64,000 nucleotides of DNA. Source: the human T2T-CHM13v2.0 reference genome, Homo sapiens. Made by a program: the position numbers and the translations under genes. Each line of letters opens with the position of its first letter. Positions within the stretch are counted from its first letter, which is position 1. The stretch lies in assembly GCF_009914755.1 (NCBI RefSeq), contig NC_060939.1; one strand, given 5' to 3'. A model generated the notes under the pieces. It saw only the letters and a program-made list of their open reading frames with translations, ran no database searches and was not told the origin of the DNA. Shown one piece after another: positions 13,301-33,300 of the stretch.

Positions 13301-16300
13301 CCGGGTGATCATTGCAGGGATGTGTCACAAAGCACATTGTAGGGAGATCCTACAAAAGAGTTACATCACCTGGGTGATCAGTGCAGAGATATGTCACAAT
13401 GCCACTGTAGGCAGAGCCTAGACAAGATTTACATTACCTAAGTGATCAGTGCAGAGATACATCGCAATGCCCCTGTAGGCAGAGCCTTGACAAGCGGTAT
13501 ATCACCTGGGTGATCAGTGCAGAGATATGTCACAATGCCGTGTAGCCAAAGCCTAGACTAAAATTACAGCACCTGGGAGATCAGTGCAGAGGTATGTGAC
13601 AATGTCCCCAGTAGGCAGAGACCAGGCAAGAGTTGGATCACCTCGGGATCAGTGCAGAGATATGTCTCAATCACCGTCTGGGCACAGCCTAGACAAGAGT
13701 TACATCACCTCGGTTAACAGTGCAGAGATATGTCAAAACGCCCCTGTAGGCAGAGCCTACACAATTGTTACATCACTTAGGTGATAAGTGCATAGATATG
13801 TCACAATATGCCCTGTAAGCAGAGCCTAGACAAGAGTTACATAACCTGGGTGATCAGTGCAGAGATATGTGACAAGGCCCCTTTAAGCAGAGCATAGACA
13901 ATACTTACATCACCTGAGTGATCAGTGCACAGATCTATCAAAATGCCCCTTTAGGCAGAGCTTAGACCAGAGTTACATCACCTGGGTGATCAGTGCAGAG
14001 AGATGTCACAATGCCCCCATAGGCAAATCCAAGACAAGACTCCGTCACCTGGGTGATCAGTGCAGAAATATGTGACAATGACCCCAGCAGGCAGAACCTA
14101 TAGAAGAATCCCATCACCTGGGTGATCAGTGCAGAGATATTTCACAATGCGCCTGCAGGCAGAGCATAAGCAAGAGTTACATCACCAAAAGATCAGTGCA
14201 GAGATATGTCACAAGCCCCCCAATAGGCAGAGCCTGGACAAGAGTTACATCACCTTCGTGATCAATGCAGTGATATGTCACTATGCCCCGTAGGCAGTGC
14301 CTAGTCAAGCGTTACATCACCTGGGTGATCAGTACAGAGATATGTCACAAAGCCCCCAAACACAGAGCCTAGACAAGAGTCCCATCACCTTGGTGATCAG
14401 TGAAGAAATATGTCACAATGCCCCCATAGGCAGATACAACACAAGAGTTACATCACCTGGATGATCCGTGTAGAGATATGTCACAATGCCCACATAGGCA
14501 GGGCCTAGACAAAAGTCCCATCACCTGGGTGATCCGTGCAGAGTGATGTCACAACGCCCTCTGTAGGCAGAGACTAGAAAATTGTTGCATCACCTAGGTG
14601 ATCAGTGCAGAGATATGTTTAAATGCCCCCTGTCGGTGAAGCCTATACAAGAGTTACATCATCTCGGTGATCAGTGCAGTGATATGTTAAAATGCCCCTG
14701 TAGGCTAGGCAAGAGTTACATCACCAGGGTTATCAGTGCAGAGATATCTACAATACGCCCTGTAAGCAGAGCCTAGACAAGTGTTACATCAGCTGGGTGA
14801 TCAGTGCAGAGATATGTCATAAATCCCACTGTAGGCAAAGCCTATACAAGTTTTCCATCACCTCAGCGATCAGTGCAGAGATATGTCCCAATGCCCCTCT
14901 AGGCAGAGCATAGACAAGAGTTACATAACCCGGGTGATCCGTGCAGAATGATGTCACAACGACCTCTGTAGACAGAGACTAGAAAAGAGTTACATCACCT
15001 GGGTGATCAGTGCAGAGATATGTCACAATGCCCCCTGTAGGCAGAGCATAGAGAAGAGTTGCATCACCTGGGATGTGAAAATGCCCCAGTAGGCAGAGCC
15101 TAGACAAGAGTTACATCACCTAGTTGATCAGTGCAAAGATATTTCACAATACCTAAATTCCCTGTAGGCTGTGCTTATAAAAGTGTTACATCACATAAGA
15201 GATCAGTGCAGAGATATGTCACAAAGCTCCTGCAGGCAGAACTTAGATGAGTTACACAACCTGTGTGATCAGTGCAAAGGTATGTCACAAAGCCCCCTGT
15301 ATTCAAAGCCTAGACTATCGTTACATCACTTGGGTGATCAGTGGCGAGATCTCTCACAATTCCCCTGTAGGCAGAGCTTATACAACTGTTACATCACCTG
15401 GGTGATCAGTGCAGGGATATGTCCCAATGCCCCAATAGGCAGATCCAAGACAAGAGTCCATCACCTGGGTGATCAGTGCAAAGGTATGTCACAAAGCCCC
15501 CTGTAGGAAAAGCCTAGACAATAGTTACATAACTTGGGTGATCAGTGGCAAGATCTCTCACAATTCCCCTGTAGGCAGAGCTTATACAACAGTTACATCA
15601 CCTGGGTGATCAGTGCAGAGATATTTCACAATACCCCTGCAGGCAGAGCGTAAGCAAGTGTTACATCACCTAGGTGATCAGTGTAGAAATATGTCACAAG
15701 GCCCCCTATGGGCAGAGACTGGAGAAGAATTACATCACCTCGGTGATCAATGCAGTGATATATCACTATGTCCCGTAGGCAGAGCCTAGTCAAGCATTAC
15801 ATCACCTGGGAGATCAGTGCAGAGATATTTCACAATACCCCCCGTAGGCAGATCCTAGACAAGAGTTGAATCACCTGGTTGATCAGTGCAGAGATATATC
15901 ACAATGCCCCCTTTGGGCCGAGGGGAGACAAGAGTTACATCACCTAGGTGATCAGTGCAGAGATTTGTCAAAATTCCCTGTAGGCAGTGCTTATAAAAGT
16001 GTTACATCACCTAAGTGATCAGTGCAGAGTTATGTCACAAAGCTCCTGTAGGCAGAACTTAGATGAGTTACGTCACCTCTGTGATTAGTGCTATGGTATG
16101 TCACAAAGCCCCCTTTAGGCAAAGCCTAGACAAGAGTTACATCACTTGGGTGATCAGTGGCGGGATCTCTCACAATTCCCCTGTCGGCAGAGCTTATACA
16201 ACATTTACATCACCTGGGTGATCAGTGCAGACATACGTCCCGATGCCCCCATAGGCAGATCCAAGACAAGAGTCCGTCACCTTGGTGATCATTGCAGAAA

Positions 16301-17259
16301 TATGTCACAATGCCCCCTTAGGCAGAGCCTAGACAAAAGCCCCATCACCTGGATGATCAGTGCAGATTTATGTCACAAAGTCCCTCTAGGTAGATCCTAA
16401 ACAAGAGTTACATCACCTGGGTGATCAGTGCAGACATATGTCACACTGCCTCTGTAGGCAGCGCCTAGACAAGTGTTACATGACCTAGGTGATCAGTGCA
16501 GAGATACATCGCAATGACCCTGTAGGCAGAACCTTCACAAGTGGTATATCAGGTGGGTGATCATTGCAGGTATATGTCACAAGGCACCCTGTAGGCCGAT
16601 CCTAGAGAAGAGTTATATCACCTGGGTAATCAGTGCAGAGATATGTCACAAGCCCCCTGTAGGCAGAGCCTAGTCAAGAGTTATATCTCCTGGGTGATCA
16701 GTGCAGTTATATGTCACGATGTCGTGTAGCCAGAGCCTAGACTAAAGTTACAGCACCTTGGAGAACATTGCAGATATATTTCGCAATGCCCCTGCAGGCA
16801 GACCGTAAGGAAGAGTTACATCACCTAGATGATCAGTGCAGAGATATGTCACAAGGCCCCCTATAGGCAGAGCCTGGACAAGAGTTGCATCATCTCGGTG
16901 ATCAATGTAGTGATATGTCACTATGCCCTGTAGGCAGAGCCTAGTCAAGCGTTACATCACCAGGGTGATCAGTGCAGAGATATGTCACAAAGCCCCCATA
17001 AACAGAGGCTACACAAGTGCCCCATCACTTTGGTGATCAGTGCAGAAATATGTCACAATGCCCCCACAGGCACACCCAAGAGAAGAGTTACATCACCTGG
17101 GTGATCAGTGTAGAGATATTTCACAATTCCCCCTTAGGCAGAGCTTAGACAAAAGTCCCATCACCTGGGTGATAAAAGCAGAGATATGTCACAAACCCCC
17201 TGTAGGCAGAGCCTAAACAAGAGTTACTTCAGTTTGTTGATCAGTTCAGAGATGTGTCA
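10381..17259 (+). repeat. Beta satellite block 2
   Basis: Tandem ~68-bp GATCAGTGCAGAGATATGTCACAATGCCCCTGTAGGCAGAGCCTAGACAAGAGTTACATCACCTGGGT monomers. Confidence 0.96.
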
Positions 17260-20010
<2,751 letters not shown>

Positions 20011-23000
20011 TAGTCAAAGCCTGGAGAATAGTTACATCTCCTGGATGATCAGTTCAGAAATGTGTCACAATGCCCCTTCCTGCGGAGACTAGAGAAGATT
20101 TGCATCATTTGAGTGATCAGTGTAGAGATATATCACAATGTCCTCTGTATAAAAAGCCTGGAAATGATTTACATCACCTCGGAGATCAGTGCATAGGTAT
20201 GTCAGAAATCCCCAGTAGGCTGAACCTAGACAAGGGTTACATCACTTAGGTGATCAGGGTAGAGATACCTGAAAATTCCCGTGTAGACAGAGCCTAGACA
20301 AGTGTTACATCACCTAGTGATCAGTGCAGGGATAAGTTGTAAAGCCTCCTGTAGGCAGAGTGTAGACAAGTGTTTCCTCTCTGGGGTGATCAGTGCAGAG
20401 TTATGTCACAAAGCCCCTTTAAGCAGAACCTCGACAAGGGTTACATCACCTGTTTGATCAGTGGAAATGTATATCACAAAGCCCCCGTAGGCAAAGCCCA
20501 GACAATTGTTACATCACCTGGGTGAGCAGTGGAGAGATCTGTCACAATGATTCTGTCGGCAGAACTTAGACAAGGGTTACATCACCTGGGTGATCAGTGC
20601 AGAGATATGTCAAAACGCTACTGTAGGCTGAAACTAGGAATGAGTTACACCAACTGGGTGATCAGTGCAGAGATATGTGAGAATTCCCGTGTAGGCAGAG
20701 CCTAGACAAGTGTTACATCACCTAGGTTATCAGTGCAGGTATAAGTCATAAAGCCTCCTGTAGGCAGAGCGTAGACAAGAGTTCCCTCCCCAGGGTAATC
20801 AGTGCAGAGATGTGTCACAAAGCCCCTGTAGGCAGAGCCTAGACAAGAGTTACATGACCTAGGTGATCAGTGCAGAGACACATCGCAATGTCCCTGTAGG
20901 CAGAACCTTGACAAGTGGTACATCACCTGGGTGATCATTGCAGGGATATGTCACAAAGCACCTTGTAGGCAGACCACAGAGAAAAGTTATATCACCTGGG
21001 TGATCAGTGCAGAGATATGTAAAAAGCCCCCTGTAGGCAGAGCATAGACAAGAGTTACATCACCTGGGTGATCAGTGCAGAGATTTGACACAATGCCCCC
21101 ATAGACAGAGCCTTGACAAGACTTCCATTACCTGGGTGATCTGTGTAGAGATATGTCACAAATCCCCCTCCAGGCAGAGTATAGAGTAGAGTCCCATCAC
21201 CTGGGTGATCAGTGCAGAGATATTTCACAATGCCCCTTGTACGCAGAGAGTGGACAAGAGTTACATAACCTAGGTGATCTGTGCAGAGCTATGTCAAAAC
21301 GCCCCTGTAGGCAGAGGCTAGATAAATGTTACATCACCTGGGTGATCAGTGCAGAGATACGTCACAATACCCCATGTAGGTGGAGCCCAGACAAGAGTTA
21401 CATCACCTGGGTGATCAGTGCAGAGATACGTCACAATAACCCCTGTAGGTGGAGCCTAGACATTAGTTACATCACCTGGGTGATCAGTGCAGAGATATGT
21501 AACAAAGCCCCTGTAGGCAGAGCCTAAACAAGAGTTACATCACCAGGGCGATCAATTTAGAAATATGTCACAAAGCCCCGTAGGCCGAGCCTAGACAAGA
21601 CTTACATCTCCTGGGTGATCAGTGCAAAGATATGTCACAAAGCCAACTGTAGACAAATCCCATAAAATTGTTACATCACCTGAGTGATCAGTGGAGATAT
21701 CTGTCACAATTCCCCTTTAGGCGAAGCTTAGAAACACGTTACATCACATGAGTGATCAGTGCAGAGATATGTCACTATGCCCCCATAGGCAGATCCAAGA
21801 CAAGAGTCCATCACCTGGGTGATCAGTGCAGAAATAAGCCACAATACCGCCAGTAGGCAGATATAGACAAGAGTTACATCACCTGCGTGATCACTGCAGA
21901 GATAAGTCACAATGCCCCTGTAGGAAGAGCCTAGAGAAGAGTCCCATCATCTGGGTGATCAGTGCAGAGTTATGTCTCAATGCCCCCTTTTGGCAGAGCC
22001 TAGACAAGCGTTACATCACCAGGGTGATCAGTGCAGGGAAGTGTCACAAGCCCCCAGTAGCCAGAGCCTAGACAAGAGTTATATCAGCTTTGTGATCAGT
22101 GCAGTGACATGTCACAATGTCCATGTAGCCATATCATTGAGAAAAGTGACATCACCTTGGTGATCAGTGTGGAGATATGTCACAATGTCTCCAGTAGTCA
22201 GAGCCTAGACAAGAGTTACATCACCTGGATGATCAGGGCAGAGACATGTCACAATGCCCCCTGTAAGCAGATCCCAGACAAGAGTTGCATCACCTCGGTG
22301 ATCAGTGGAGAGATACGTCTCAATGCCCCCTGTCAGCGAAGCCTATACAAGAGTTACATCATCTCGGTGATCAGTGCAGTGATATGTGAAAATGCCCCTG
22401 TAGGCAGAGCCTAGACAAGAGTTACATCACCTGGGTGATCAGTGCAGAGATATCTCATGGTACCCCCTGTAAGCAGAGCCTAGACAAGAGTTACATCACC
22501 TGGGTGATCAGTGCAGAGATATGTCATAAAATCCACTGTAGGCAAAGCCTAGACAAGTTTTACATCACCTCAGCGATCAGTGCAGAGATATGTCCCAATG
22601 TCCCTCTAGGCAGAGCTTAGAGAAGAGTCACATCTCCTGGGTGATCAGTGCGGAGATAAGTCACAATGCCCCCGTAGGCTGAGCCTAGACAAGAGTTACA
22701 TAACCCGGTTGATCCGTGCAGAGATAAGTCCCAATGCTCCCATAGTCAGAGCCTAGAAAAGTGTTACATAACCCAGGTGATCCGTGCAGAGTGATGTCAC
22801 ACCGCCCTCTGTAGGTAGAGACTAGAAAAGAGTTACATCATCTGGGTGATCAGTGCAGAGATATGTCGCAATGCCCACTGTAGGCAGATCATAGAGAAGA
22901 GTTGCATCACCTGGGTGATCAGTGCAGAAATATGTCACAATGCCCTCTTTGGCAGAGCCTAGACAAAAGCCCCAACACCTGGATGATCAGTGCAGAGTTA

Positions 23001-24367
23001 TGTCACAATGCCACTGTAGGCAGAGCTGAGACAAGCGTTACATGACCTAGATGATCAGTGCAGAGATACATCGCAATGCCCCTGCAGGCAGAGCCTTGAG
23101 AAGTGGTATATCACCTGGGTGATCATTGCAGGGATATGTCACAAAGCACCCTGTAGGCAGATCCTAGAGGAGAGTTATATCACCTGGGTGATCAGTGCAG
23201 ATATATGTCACAAGCCCCCTGTAGGCAGAGCCTAGACAAGAGTTATATCACCTGGGTGATCAGTGCAGTGATATGTCACAATGCCGTGTAGCCAGAGCCT
23301 AGACTAAACTTACAGCACCTGGGAGATCAGTGCAGAGATATGTCACAATGTCCCCAGTAGGCAGAGACCAGGCAAGAGTTGGATCACCTCGGCATCAGTG
23401 CAGAGATATGTCTCAATCCCCGTGTGGGCATAGCCTAGACAAGAGTTACATCACCTCGGTTAACAGTGCAGAGATATGTCAAAATGCCCCTGTAGGCAGA
23501 GCCTACACAACTGTTACATCACTGAGGTTATCAGTGCAGATATATGTCACAATACCCCCTGTAAGCAGAGCCTAGACAAGAGATACATCACCTGGGTGAT
23601 CAGTGCAGAGATATGTGACAAGGCCCCTTTTAACAGAGCCTAGACAATAGTTACATCACCTGAGTGGTCAGTAAATAGATCTGTCACAATGCCCCTTTAG
23701 GCAGAGCTTAGACCAGAGTTACATCAGCTGGGTGATCAGTGAAGAGATATGTCAGAATGCCCCCATAGGCTCATCCAAGACAAGATTCCTTCACCTGGGT
23801 GATCAGTGCAGAAATATATGACAATGCCCCCAGTAGGCAGAGCCTAGAGAAGAGTCCCATCACCTGGATGATCAGTGTAGAGATATTTCACAATGCCCCT
23901 GCAGGCAGAGCGTAAGCAAGTGTTACATCACCTAGATGATCAAGTGCAGAGATATGTCACAAGGCCCCCTATAGGCAGAGCCTGGACAAGAGTTACAACA
24001 CCTCGAAGATCAATGCAGTGATATGTCACTATGCCCCGAAGGCAGAGCCTAGTCAAGCGTTGCATCACCTGGTTGATCAGTGCAGAGATATGTCACAAAG
24101 CCCCCATACACAGAGCCTAGACAAGAGTCCCATCACCTGGGTGATCAGTGCAGATATATGTCACAATGCCCTCATAGGCTGATCCAACACAAGAGTTACA
24201 TCACCTGGGTGATCAGTGTAGGGACATGTCAAAATGTCCCCATAGGCAGAGCCTAGACAAAAGACCCATCACCTGGGTGATCAGTGCAGAGATGTGTCAC
24301 AAAGCCCCTGTAGGCAGAGCATAGACAAGAGTTACATCTCTTTGTTGATCAGTTCAGAGATGTGCCA
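20011..24367 (+). repeat. Beta satellite block 3
   Basis: Tandem ~68-bp monomers with TGATCA core. Confidence 0.96.
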
Positions 24368-24992
24368 TGCTGACTGTTTGCTCCTGGAGCTCTGCGGGCA
24401 CCCAGAAACATGCAGGGAAGGGTGGAAGACTGACATGTTGCCTTCGCTCTCATTGCCAGGTTCCAAACCGGCCACACTGCAGACTCCCCATGTTTCTGCA
24501 CACAGGAATCCATCGTCAGGCCATCACGCCGGGGAGGCATCTTCTCTCTGTGGTCTTGCTCTGGTCTCCTACGTGGAAGTAAACGAGAGCCACACGCCTG
24601 CGCGTGTGAGACTGTCCCAGCAACGGCGACACCCACAGGCACTGCCTCCTTCACGGAGACAGGGCCTGGAACTCTCAAGACTCCCACGGAGGTTCAGTTC
24701 CACACTCCCCTCCACCCTCCCAGGCCGGTTTCTCCCTGCTGAAGATGCGTGGGAGCCCAGAGAGCGGCTTCCAGTTCCTGCGGGATTCCTGGAGAGGTTC
24801 GGAGAGCCAGCCCCCGAAACGCACCCCCCTCACCTCTCCCCCCTCGCCCCCTTCCTCTTCGTCTCTCCGGCCCCACCACCACCATCACCACGCCCTCCCA
24901 CCCCACCCCACCACCCCACGGCCGCAGGCCTGGACGCCCTGGGACACTTCCGGAGTGGTGCGGGCTGTCCCAGGCCTCACCGCCATTCATGA

Positions 24993-26431
<1,439 letters not shown>

Positions 26432-27029
26432 GACGCGGGGTTGGGACGGGGTCGGGTCGGGGCAGGGCGGTGGCCTCTCTTTCACGGGGAACACCTGGCT
26501 GGCTATGGAGGGGCGAGTCTTCACCCCACACCCTCCACCAGGCTGACCGGCTTGGGATTCCTGCCTTCTAGGTCTAGGTCTGGTGAGAGGCTCCACAGAG
26601 CGTAGAACTGCCATTCTTTCCTGGGCATCCTGTGGATCCCACAGCCGGCCCAGGTACCAGCAGGTGGGCCGCGTACTGCGCACGCGCTGGTTTGCGGGCA
26701 GCCCCCTGGGCTGTGGGAACACCCCGGGCAGAGCTCTCATGCCTTTCCACCACCCCACCCTCGCCATACCACCACCTTCCAACCCCCACCCCCCTCCCCC
26801 GGAAAATGCGTCCTCCCCTGGGCTGGGTGGAGACCCCCGTCCCGTGAAACACCGGGCACGCGCAGCATCCAGGCTTGACACCCTTCTGGCGGCTCGTCTC
26901 CTCTGCGCCTCTGTGCCACTATCGCTGGCCCGCCCGTGCCCTTGCAGCCTCCCAGCTACCACCTTGGAGCGCCTGGCAGCGGAATGCAGACCCAAGGCCT
27001 GGCACACACCGGGGACGCTGAGCGTTTCA

Positions 27030-27240
27030 GGTGGGAGGGAAGGCGGGCAGAGATGGAGAGAGGAACCAGAGACCTAAAGGGGCAGAAGGATGGGCGGAGG
27101 GAATTTAGCAGGGGGGAAAGGAGGGAAGGAGGGAGGGAGGGAAGCAGGGAGGAACGAAGGGAAAGAAAGAGAGACGCAGTGACTGGGTGCGGGCGGGAGG
27201 GAGCCAGGGAGAGAGGGAGGAAGGCAGAGAAGAAAAGTGG
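27030..27240 (+). repeat. Purine-rich GGAG/GGAA low-complexity tract of the D4Z4 spacer (hhspm3-like region)
   Basis: GAGGGAAGGAGGGAGGGAGGGAAGCAGGGAGG...; position in the unit fits D4Z4. Confidence 0.6.
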
Positions 27241-27987
27241 TCTTCGGCCTCTCGGAGGAACGGGACCCCCGCCCTCCGGGAAAATGGTAAGCATCCGGCA
27301 CAAGCTGAGGGCTCAGGAAACAGCCGCCGCGTCTGCCGGCGGAGCAGTCATTCGCTCCGTTTCCGTGGCCCAGGGAATGGGCAGTTTCCTCTGAGACAAA
27401 AGACCGGGACTCGGGTTGGCATCGGGTTTTCACCGGCATGGATCACAGACCGCACATCCCCAGGCTGAGCCCCACAATGGAGCACGAGGCCGACAGCCCC
27501 GACCGCGGAGGAGCCACACTTGGGACGAAGGAGGCGTGATGTTGGTTTCCGCGTGGCTTTGCCCTCTGCAAGGCGGCCTGTTGCTCACTTCTCTCCGGCC
27601 CCCGAAAAGTTGGCCATGCTGTTTGCTCCCGGAGATCTGCGGGCACCCGGAAACATGCAGGGAAGGGTGGTAGACTGGCATGGTGCCTTCGCTCTCCTTG
27701 CCAGTTTCCAAACCGGCCACACTGCAGACTCCCCATGTTGCTGCACACAGGAATCTATCGTCAGGCCATCACGCTTGGGAGGCATCTTCTCTCTGGGGTC
27801 TCACTCTGGTCTCCTATGTGGAAATGAATGAGAGCCACACGCCTGCGTGGGTGAGACTTTCCCGGCAACGGCGACACCCACAGGCACTGCCTCCTTCACG
27901 GAGAGAGGGCCTGGAACACTCAAGACTCAAAGGGAGGTTCAGTTCCACACTCTCCTCTACCCTCCCAGTCCGGTTTCTCCCTGCTGA

Positions 27988-29674
<1,687 letters not shown>

Positions 29675-30368
29675 GACGTGGGGTTGGGACGGGGTCGGGT
29701 CGGGGCAGGGCGGTGGCCTCTCTTTCGCGGGGAACACCTGGCTGGCTATGGAGTGGTGTGTCTTCCCCCCGCCACCTCCACCGAGCTGACCAGCCTGGGA
29801 TTCCTGCCTTCTAGGTCTAGGCCTGGTGAGAGACTCCACGCAGTGGATAACTGCCATTCTTTCCTGAGCATCCCGAGGATCCCAGATCCGGCCCAGGTAC
29901 CAGCAGGTGGGCGGCCTACTGTGCACGGGTGGGTTTATGGGCAGCCGCCTGGGCAGTGAGAGCAGCCCGGACAGAGTTCTCATGCCTTTCCAGCACTCCA
30001 CCACCGCCTGACAACCCTCTCCCCACACCCACCCCCAACTCCCGGAAAATGCGTCCTCCCCTGGGCTGGGTGGATACCGCCGTCCCACAAAACACCAGGC
30101 ACATGCAGCGTCCAGGCCTGACACCCCACTGGCATCTCGCCTCCTCTGTGCCTCCGTGCCACCTTCGCCGGACCGCCCGTGCCCCTGCAGCCTCCCAGCT
30201 GCCACAATGGAGCGCCTAGCTGTGGAACGCAGAAATCTAGCTCTCTTTGCCATCCTCCTGGCTAGACCTGCGCTCATTGCAGACACTGGCTGACGTGCAA
30301 GGGAGCATGGTGGCCTCTCTATGCTGGTGTCCGTCCGTGGAATTCCAGCTGAGGCTTTCCCAACACCT

Positions 30369-33300
30369 TGAGAATAGATACAACTCCTGGATGATCAGTT
30401 CAGAAATATGTCACAATGGCCCCTCCCTGTGGAGCCTAGAGAAGATTTGAATTATTTGGGTGATCTGTGCAGAGATATATCACAAGGTCCCCTGTACAAA
30501 AAGCATGGAAATGATTTACATCACCTCGGTGATCAGTGCATAGGTATGTCAGAAATCCCCAGTAGGCTGAACCTAGACAAGGGTTACATTACTTAGGTGA
30601 TCAGTGTAGAGATATGTGAAAATTCCGGTGTAGACAGAGCCTAGACAAGTGTTACATCAACTAGTGATCAGCGCAGGGATAAGTCGTAAAGCCTCCCATA
30701 GGCAGAGTGTAGACAAGTGTTTCCTCCCTGGGGTGATCAGTGTAGAGATAGGTCACAAAGCCCCTGTAAGCAGAACCTTGACAAAAGTTACATCACCTGT
30801 TTGATCAGTGGAAATGTATATCACAAAGCCCCCTGTAGGCAAAGCCCAGACAACAGTTACATGACATGGGTGAGCAGTGGAGACATCTGTCACAATGCCC
30901 CTCTAGGCAGAGCTTAGACAAGGGTTACATCACCTGAGTGATCAGTGAAGAGATATGTCAAAACGCTCCTGTAGGCTGAACCTAGACAGGAGTTACATCA
31001 CCCGGGTGATCAGTGCAGAGATATGTGACAATTCCCGTGTAGGCATAGTCTACACAAGTGTTACATCACCTAGGTTATCAGTACAGGTATAAGTCATAAA
31101 GCCTCCTGTAGGCAGAGCGTAGACAAGAGTTCCCTCCCCAGGGTGATCAGTGCAGAGATGTGTCACAAAGCCCCTGTAGGCAGAGCCTAGACAAGAGTTT
31201 CATCACATGGTTGATCAGTTCAGAGATGTGTCACAATGTCCATGTAGGCAGATCAAAGACAAGAGTCCATCACATGGGTGATCAGGGCAGAGATATGTAC
31301 CAATATCCCCTGTAGGCAGTGCCTAGACAAGAGTTGCATCACCTCAGAGATCAGTGCATAGATATGTCACAAAGCCTTCTGTAGGCAAAGCCCATACAAG
31401 GTTTACATCACCTAGGTGATCAGTGCAGTGATATGCCACACAATTCCCTGTAGACACAGACTAGACAAGAGTTACATAACCTGGGTGATCCGTACAGATA
31501 TTTGACACAATGCACCAATAGATAGAGCCTAGACAAGACTTCCATCACATGGGTGATCAGTCCAGAGTTATGTCACAAATCCGCCTCTAGGCAGAGTATA
31601 TAGAAGAGTCCCATCACCTGGGTGATCAGTGCAGAGATATTTCACAATGCCCCCTGTGGGCAGAGAGTGGACAAGAGTTACATGAGATAGGTGATCTGTG
31701 CAGAGCAATGTCAAAACGCCCCTGTAAGCAGAGCCTAGATAAATGTTACATCACCTGGGTGATCAGTGTGGAGATACGTCACAATACCCCCGGTAGGTGG
31801 AGTATAGACAAGTGTTACATCACCTTGGTGATCAGTACAGAAATATGTCACAAAGCCCCTGTAAGCAGAGCCTAAACAAGAGTAACATCACCTGGGTGAT
31901 CAGTGCAGAAATATGTCACAAAGCCTCTGTGTGCCGAGCCTAGGCAAGAGTTACATCTCCTGGGTGATCAGAGCAAAGATATGTCACAAAGCCCCCTGTA
32001 GACAAATCCCAGAAAATTGTTGCATCACCTGGGTGATCCATGGAGATATCTGTCTCAATTCCCCTTTAGGCGCAGCTTAGACAAGCATTACATCACATGA
32101 GTGATCAGTGCGGATATATGTCACTTTGCCCCCATAGGCAGATCCAAGACAAGAGTCCATCACCAGGGTGATCAGTGAAGAAATATGCCACAACGCCGCC
32201 AGTAGGCAGATATAGACAAGAGTTACATCACCTGCGTGATCACTGCAGAGATATGTCACAATGCACCTGTAGGCAGAGCCTAGACAAGAGTCCCATCACC
32301 TGGGTGATCAGTGCAGAGTTATGTCGCAATACCCCCTTTTGGCAGATCCTAGACAATGGTTACATCACCTGGGTGATCAGTGAAGAGATGTGTCACAAGC
32401 CCCTGTAGCCAGAGCCTAGACATGAGTTACATCAGCTGTGTGATCAGTGCAGTGACATGTCACAATGTCCCTGTAGCCATATCCTGGACAAAAGTGACAT
32501 CACCTGGATGATCAGTGTAGAGATATGTCACAATGTCTCCAGTAGGGAGAGCCTAGACAAGAGTTACATCACCTGGGTGATCCGGGCAGAGATATGTCAC
32601 AATGCCCCCTGTAAGGAGATCAGAGGCAAGAGTTAAATCACCTCAGTGATCAGTGCACAGATATGTCTCAATGCCCCCTGTCAGCGAAGCCTATAGAAGA
32701 GTTACATCATCTCGGTGATCAGTGCAGTGATATGTTAAAATGCCCCTGTAGGCAGAGCCTGGACAAGAGTTACATCACCTGGGTGATCAGTGCAGAGATA
32801 TCTCCCAATACACCCTGTAAGCAGAGCCTAGACAAGAGTTACATCACCTGGGTGATCAGTGCAGATATGTCATAAATCCCACTGTAGGCAAAGCCTAGAC
32901 AAGTTTTACATCACCTAAAGGATCAGTGCAGAGATATGTCCCAATGTCCCTCTAGGCAGAGCTTAGACAAGAGTCACATCTCCTGGGTGATCAGTGCAGA
33001 GATAAGTCACAATGCCCTCATAGGCAGAGGCTAGACAACAGTTACACAACACGGGTGATCCGTGCAGAGTGATGTCACAACGCCCTCTGTAGGCAGAGAC
33101 TAGAAAAGAGTTACATCACCTGGGTGATCAGTGCAGAAATGTGTCACAATGTCCCCTGTAGGCTGAGCATAGAGAAGAGTTGCATCACCTCTGTGATCAG
33201 TGCAGAGATATGTCACAATGTCCCCTGTAGGCAGAGCATAGAGAAGAGTTGCATCACCTGGGTGGTCAGTGAAGAGATATGTCACAATGTCCCAAGTAGG